A model generated the notes under the pieces. That model saw only the letters and a list, made by a program, of their open reading frames with translations, was not told the DNA's origin and searched no databases. Positions 8,355-14,868 of a stretch of DNA of 14,868 nucleotides are shown here, piece by piece (within the stretch, counting starts at the first letter, position 1; the number at the start of each line of letters is the position of its first letter). The position numbers and the translations under genes were made by a program. Origin of the DNA: Candidatus Krumholzibacteriia bacterium (GTDB taxonomy: Bacteria; Krumholzibacteriota; Krumholzibacteriia; LZORAL124-64-63); the NCBI GenBank assembly GCA_036351155.1, contig JAZBOO010000321.1, positions 1-14,868 on the forward strand, in the 5' to 3' direction.

Positions 8355-9685
8355 ACCGCCCATCCCGGCAAACGAGGACCACCGATCAGCGGCTGGCCTT
8401 TCTGAAAATCGTGACGCTCACCGGCTTCTTGATTCCTGCCCTGGCGGGAGCCGGTGAGTCGTCGTTCTGGTCGCAGGGCGACCGCACCGTCTGGCAGCCT
8501 TCCTTCACCGCCGGTCTCGATTCCCACCTGCACACCTATTCCCTGGCGGAAAGCGACACCACCGAATCGGTGTCCGAGTTCATGGTCTCGGCAGCCGTTG
8601 CCGGCCGATCGTCCCGCAAAAACCGACACCGTTGGCGGGTGGAGGGAGAGGTCTCGGCGGGCACGGAGCTGTTCCGGGAAAGGGCCGAAGCCGGTTACCG
8701 GTGGCAGGGGGCGGACGGACGGGCGCTGTTTCGCCTGGACGGTCAACTCCGGGGCCGCCAGTACCGGTCAGGCACAGAATACAATCTGAGCAGCGACAGT
8801 GTGGAAGGGCGGCTGGATGTGCGGGCCTACCCCGTGGCCACGAGGAACCTGGAGTGGGAGCTCCGGGGATGGGGGATGCTCACCGACTATCGCACCCCTT
8901 CCAGCCTGGAGGTCAACGATCGGGAAAAGGGCGGGGGACTCTCCGTGCGCTCGCGGGGACTGGACGGCCCGCTCTGGCAGGTGGGGCTGCGACAGGCCTA
9001 CCGCGACTACCCGGACACCTCGCGCATCGACCGCCGTACCCTTGGCCTGGTCGGGCAGCTGGACCACCAGGACCTGGAAGGGCAGGAACTCCGGCTGTAC
9101 CACAAAACCGAACGCCGGCATGTGCGCGATCACACGGCGCGTCCCTCGGCCTGGTCGCACTGGACCGATCTGCAGGGGAAGGTGGCGGCGGGGCCGGGGC
9201 AGGTTTATCTGGATCTCCAGGGTGAGATCTGGCGCTACGACTGGACCTCCACCATCTACGCCGATTCCTGGCGGGTGGAAGGAGCCTCGGGTTATGCCTG
9301 GGGCGACATCCTCGGGACACGCTGGCAGGTCGGGTTGGCGGGCGAGAAATTTGCCGCGGGGGACAGTCCGGAATCGTACACAGCCCTGGGCCTGCAAGCG
9401 GGGGTGGAAGCCTACACCGATCAGCTGAGTGGAACCCTCAGTCTGGAGTTCGGGCGGCGGCACTACCAGGATGTGGAGGGAACGGGTTCCAGCCTCCTGG
9501 ACGAGGGCGACCTGGGGCTCTATTCCGATTTTTCCTACTGGGAAGTGTGGTTGACGGCCAGCTGGCAGCTGACCTCGGCGGTGAGCCTGGACTTGCTGGC
9601 CAGTTATGAACCGGAAAGTCATACCGAGCGCGACGATGATGTGGTCCTGGGTTTCGGGACCCTGCGCTTGATCTACCGGCCCTGA
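8351..9685 (+). CDS. Predicted outer-membrane beta-barrel protein, unknown function (start uncertain: ATA 8351 or GTG 8411)
   Basis: Frame open 8321-9685. Many amphipathic strands with aromatic ends (WRVEGEVSAG, LEWELRGWG, WQVGLRQAYRDY, VYLDLQGEIWRY, LSGTLSLEFGRRHY, WEVWLTASWQL, VSLDLLASYE) and a terminal strand GFGTLRLIYRP. Signal-like h-region IVTLTGFLIPALAGA. Confidence 0.75.
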   Translation: MNRPSRQTRTTDQRLAFLKIVTLTGFLIPALAGAGESSFWSQGDRTVWQPSFTAGLDSHLHTYSLAESDTTESVSEFMVSAAVAGRSSRKNRHRWRVEGEVSAGTELFRERAEAGYRWQGADGRALFRLDGQLRGRQYRSGTEYNLSSDSVEGRLDVRAYPVATRNLEWELRGWGMLTDYRTPSSLEVNDREKGGGLSVRSRGLDGPLWQVGLRQAYRDYPDTSRIDRRTLGLVGQLDHQDLEGQELRLYHKTERRHVRDHTARPSAWSHWTDLQGKVAAGPGQVYLDLQGEIWRYDWTSTIYADSWRVEGASGYAWGDILGTRWQVGLAGEKFAAGDSPESYTALGLQAGVEAYTDQLSGTLSLEFGRRHYQDVEGTGSSLLDEGDLGLYSDFSYWEVWLTASWQLTSAVSLDLLASYEPESHTERDDDVVLGFGTLRLIYRP

Positions 9686-9745
9686 CCCGGCGCCCCTTGC
9701 GCGTCCGGAGATCACATGTATCCTTGACCCATTCCGGGAAACCCG

Positions 9746-9773
9746 TCAAGTTCAGCCCGATGAATGTCGATAC
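9746..9773 (+). promoter_or_regulatory. Candidate sigma28 (FliA/SigD) promoter for the methyltransferase
   Basis: TCAAGTTC-N12-GTCGATAC versus consensus TAAAGTTT/TCAAG-N11-GCCGATAA. Spacer is one base long and the -10 has 2 mismatches; 48 nt upstream of the start. Confidence 0.45.
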
Positions 9774-9821
9774 CCCGGTGAACCCCTGATCCCCTGTGCC
9801 CCCAATCCCCCGGAGACGGTC

Positions 9822-10646
9822 TTGCCTGCACTGCAATTCGTCAAGGAAACCCTGCTGGATCCGCGGTCGCCCGCCTGTGCCTGGAAACACCCGTGGCAAG
9901 CCAGCCGGGTGCTGTCCGGGGCATTGACCAACCTGTTGTTGCCGGTGGGAGAAAAGATCCTGCGCAGCCGGGCCTGCAAATGTCCCGTGTGCGGCTGGGA
10001 GGGCCAGAGTTTTCGCACCTTCCTGTCCGCCGACGAGATCATTCCCCGCAGTATCTGTCCGGGGTGCGGATCCTTCGATCGGCATCGTCAGCTGGTCCTG
10101 GGCGTGCGCGAGGAACTGGCCGGCTGCCCCGGCTGGAACCCCGAGGTGATGGTGGGCTTCAGCCTGTCCACGGCCTTGCGTTTTTTGCTGGAGCACGAGG
10201 GGCTGGCCCGGTGTTTTCGCAGTGACATCGATGCCGCGGACAGGCGTTTTTCCCCCGACTTCGTATCCGACCTGCGCCGGGTTCCTCTGGCCGAGAACTC
10301 GGTGGACTGGGTGTTCTGCAGTCATGTCCTGGAACACATTCCCGAGCTCGATCTGTGCATCGATGAGATCGTGCGCATCCTCAAGCCCGGCGGTGCCGCC
10401 TGGTTGCAGGTGCCCTTCGAGCCGGGGGCGGCCCACAGCCGCCGCATTCCCATCGACCCCCATCGGGCCCATGCCCATGCCTGGCAGTTTGCCCCCGATT
10501 TCGGCAGCCTGGTGGCCCGTCGGGAATGGGAGGTCACCGAGGTGGTGGCCCGCGATGCGGTGGCCGCGAAGGACCGGTTGACCTACGGGATCGATCCCGC
10601 CGAGCGCTTCTGGCTGGCCCGCAAGAAGGGTTCACCTGCCGATTGA
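9822..10646 (+). CDS. Class I SAM-dependent methyltransferase-like protein (Methyltransf_11 type) with N-terminal Cys4 zinc ribbon
   Basis: TTG start with GGAG at 9812-9815; 274 aa. CPVC...CPGCGS..RHR N-terminus; SDLRRVPLAENSVDWVFCSHVLEHIP..EIVRILKPGG..WLQVP. Confidence 0.85.
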   Translation: MPALQFVKETLLDPRSPACAWKHPWQASRVLSGALTNLLLPVGEKILRSRACKCPVCGWEGQSFRTFLSADEIIPRSICPGCGSFDRHRQLVLGVREELAGCPGWNPEVMVGFSLSTALRFLLEHEGLARCFRSDIDAADRRFSPDFVSDLRRVPLAENSVDWVFCSHVLEHIPELDLCIDEIVRILKPGGAAWLQVPFEPGAAHSRRIPIDPHRAHAHAWQFAPDFGSLVARREWEVTEVVARDAVAAKDRLTYGIDPAERFWLARKKGSPAD

Positions 10647-10648
10647 CG

Positions 10649-10675
10649 TCAAGGGGTGCAGAGGGTGGCCGATAA
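10649..10675 (+). promoter_or_regulatory. Sigma28 (FliA/SigD) promoter for the HDOD gene
   Basis: TCAA (10649-10652), exactly 15 nt, GCCGATAA (10668-10675): perfect -10 and canonical spacing, 41 nt upstream of the start codon. Confidence 0.75.
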
Positions 10676-10716
10676 CGGGAAGGTCACCCGGAACCGCACA
10701 CGTGTGAGGCGCACCC

Positions 10717-12186
10717 TTGAAATCCTCCGATGTCCATGAACTGATCGACAAGATGGGCCGCTTGCCCAGCTTGCCGCAGACCCTCCTCGAAATCCAGAAG
10801 GTGGCCGGCGACACCAACAGCAGTGCCTCCGATCTGGCCCGCTGTATCCTGCGGGACCAGGCCTTGACCATGCGCGTTCTCAAGGTGGTCAACAGCGTCA
10901 TGTACCGGCGCAGCGACCAGGATGAGGTGCTCACCGTCCAGAAGGCGGTGGTGGTGCTTGGATTCCGGACGGTCAAGCAGCTGGCCCTGGGGCTGTCGGT
11001 ATTCGAGATGATGAGCAAGCTATCCCGCTCCCCCCAGCTGCTGGGGCTGGCCAGGCATTCCCTGGTGACCGCAGGCTTTGCCCAGAACCTGGCCGAGGCT
11101 TCGGGAACCATCTGTCCTGATCAGGCCTTCGTCACCGGATTGATCCATGACATCGGCAAGGTGGTCTTGATCGAATGCGATCCGGGCACCATGGATCTGG
11201 TGAACCAGGAACTGGCCCAGGGGTCTCATCCCCACGATGCGGAGCGCAGACATTTCGGCATTTCCCACGACCGAGCCGGCCGACGGCTGGCTGCGCGGTG
11301 GGGCCTGCCCACGGAGCTGCAGGATGTCATCGGCGAACACCATGACCACGATCCCCTCGACCCTCCCCGCAACTTGAGTCCCCTGCTGGGAACCATCGTG
11401 TTTGCCAATGCCATGGCCACTTTTACCTGCCGGCAGGAAAACCTCGCCCGAGAACACAACATCCTGCGCAAGGCCGGGCGTGTCCTGGGAATTCCCGCAC
11501 GTCATCTGGATGGGATCCATGAGCAGGTGGCCGCCGAGGCGGGAGGGCTGGGCCGGGCTCTGGGGCTGGATTTGCCGGAGCTGGCCGATTTCGGTCGGCT
11601 CGTGAACGAGGAGGGCAGCGTCACCGTGGCTCCCCGTGGCATGGCCCCTCAGGACGTCGCCCGCCGTACCGCCCGCCAGCTGGAACTTTACCAGCAGGTG
11701 GGGCAAGGGTTGGCCGCAGGGCAATCTCCGGCACATCTGGTGGGACTCATCCTGGAGGGAGCGGTTCAGATACTCGGCTTCGATCGCGTGATCTACCTGA
11801 CGGCCGACCGTCAGGCCAAGATGTTGCGCCCGATCCACTGGGCGGGTTGTGAATCAGAGGTTCTGGCCAGGGCTCTGAACCTGCCTTTGAACCGTCAGTC
11901 TGGCGCCGTGGCCATGGCCCTGCTGGAGCACCGGGCTCTTCATGTTCCTCAGGCCTGGAGTCGGGCCTATGGGACCATGGTGGGTGAACAGCTGCTGGAA
12001 GCCGCCCGGTGCACCGGCTTTGCCGTGTCCCCGGTGGCGACACCGGATGGGGTGCTGGGAGTCCTCTACGGGGATTGCGGAGCCGAGGGGCCTGACGTGG
12101 TGGCCGAACAGGCCAAGGAGCTTCATGGCCTGGCCCTGCAGCTTGGTCTGGTGCTTTCCACGGTGGAACAAAAACAGCTTATCTGA
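10717..12186 (+). CDS. HDOD domain signalling protein with C-terminal GAF domain
   Basis: TTG start, 489 aa. LPSLP, DQALTMRVLKVVNS, AVVVLGF, RHS, GLIHDIGK, ER..FGISH...G..LAARWGLP, EHH (HDOD). C-terminal GFDRVIYL...AVSPVATPDGVLGVLYGD (GAF-like). No GGDEF or kinase output domain. Confidence 0.9.
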   Translation: MKSSDVHELIDKMGRLPSLPQTLLEIQKVAGDTNSSASDLARCILRDQALTMRVLKVVNSVMYRRSDQDEVLTVQKAVVVLGFRTVKQLALGLSVFEMMSKLSRSPQLLGLARHSLVTAGFAQNLAEASGTICPDQAFVTGLIHDIGKVVLIECDPGTMDLVNQELAQGSHPHDAERRHFGISHDRAGRRLAARWGLPTELQDVIGEHHDHDPLDPPRNLSPLLGTIVFANAMATFTCRQENLAREHNILRKAGRVLGIPARHLDGIHEQVAAEAGGLGRALGLDLPELADFGRLVNEEGSVTVAPRGMAPQDVARRTARQLELYQQVGQGLAAGQSPAHLVGLILEGAVQILGFDRVIYLTADRQAKMLRPIHWAGCESEVLARALNLPLNRQSGAVAMALLEHRALHVPQAWSRAYGTMVGEQLLEAARCTGFAVSPVATPDGVLGVLYGDCGAEGPDVVAEQAKELHGLALQLGLVLSTVEQKQLI

Positions 12187-12249
12187 CAAGTTTCGCACAA
12201 AATAACCCAAGGCAAATGTATCAACAATAAGCATTATAGATAAAAAACA

Positions 12250-12274
12250 GCCTTTGAGAAAAGGCATTTATTTT
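12250..12274 (+). terminator. Candidate intrinsic terminator after the HDOD gene
   Basis: GCCTTT-GAGA-AAAGGC hairpin (GNRA loop) followed by ATTTATTTT. Confidence 0.5.
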
Positions 12275-12314
12275 CAGCAAAACGAAAAAAATCTCTCTCA
12301 GGGATGATGATCTG

Positions 12315-12323
12315 TGGTAATAT
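12315..12323 (+). promoter_or_regulatory. Candidate extended -10 element (TGgTAATAT) for the downstream secreted protein
   Basis: TG-G-TAATAT in an AT-rich intergenic region; would give a ~215-nt 5' leader. Confidence 0.45.
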
Positions 12324-12545
12324 GTAATCTGTCTTTGGCCAAGATGATGAATGTTTCGCATGGGAAAATGTTTTCAATGGGTAATTGAGGTCCACTGCCT
12401 CAGGACTCAACCAGGTTTTCGGGAGGAAAGCCAGGTGAGACCCATTTTCATGGGGATTCCCTCGACATCGCCCCCCTGCGCAACGAAATTATCAAGGCCT
12501 GCTCTCATCACCAGCACCTCACGATCTTTCTTGGAGGAGAAATCC

Positions 12546-14868
<2,323 letters not shown>

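Noticed and set aside
10643..10652. Perfect palindrome TTGACGTCAA, or TTGACG as a sigma70 -35
   Set aside because: No -10 at 16-18 nt. It is explained by the stop codon abutting the sigma28 -35 element.
12195..12305. Fragments resembling c-di-GMP-I (GGCAAA) and glycine (CTCTCAGG) riboswitches
   Set aside because: The partner motifs (GAAA..GACGCAAAGC; GGAGA..CCGAAG) and the required helices are absent.
2520..12545. Longer ORF-track starts at 2520, 4050, 5530 and 12351
   Set aside because: These extensions overlap upstream genes or promoter/leader regions and lack RBSs. Starts at 2571, 4389, 5740 and 12546 fit RBS, coupling and domain boundaries.

Overview
GC-rich bacterial chromosomal segment with 12 protein-coding genes and no recognisable mobile element, tRNA/rRNA or CRISPR array. 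The minus strand carries a large secreted protein with tandem ~101-aa Ig-like (ASH/choice-of-anchor D type) repeats that runs off the left edge (absent from the ORF track), plus sfsA. The plus strand carries: a coupled operon of a YtnP-like MBL hydrolase, lipA, a membrane histidine kinase and an NtrC-type sigma54 response regulator; a sigma54 promoter with an upstream palindromic enhancer driving an uncharacterised pair (exported 4x79-aa helical-repeat protein and a predicted outer-membrane beta-barrel); a Zn-ribbon SAM methyltransferase and an HDOD-GAF protein, each behind a sigma28 (FliA)-type promoter; a monocistronic acidic secreted protein with a long structured leader and a short C-terminal '[14 protein letters not shown]' tail; and the 5' part of an archaeal/eukaryote-type proS. 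The secreted-protein style and ProRS type suggest an FCB-related diderm lineage such as Ca. Krumholzibacteriota/Latescibacterota (inference only). The best novelty candidates are the two-component/sigma54/helical-rod/beta-barrel envelope module, the putative C-terminal sorting tail, and the leader RNA.
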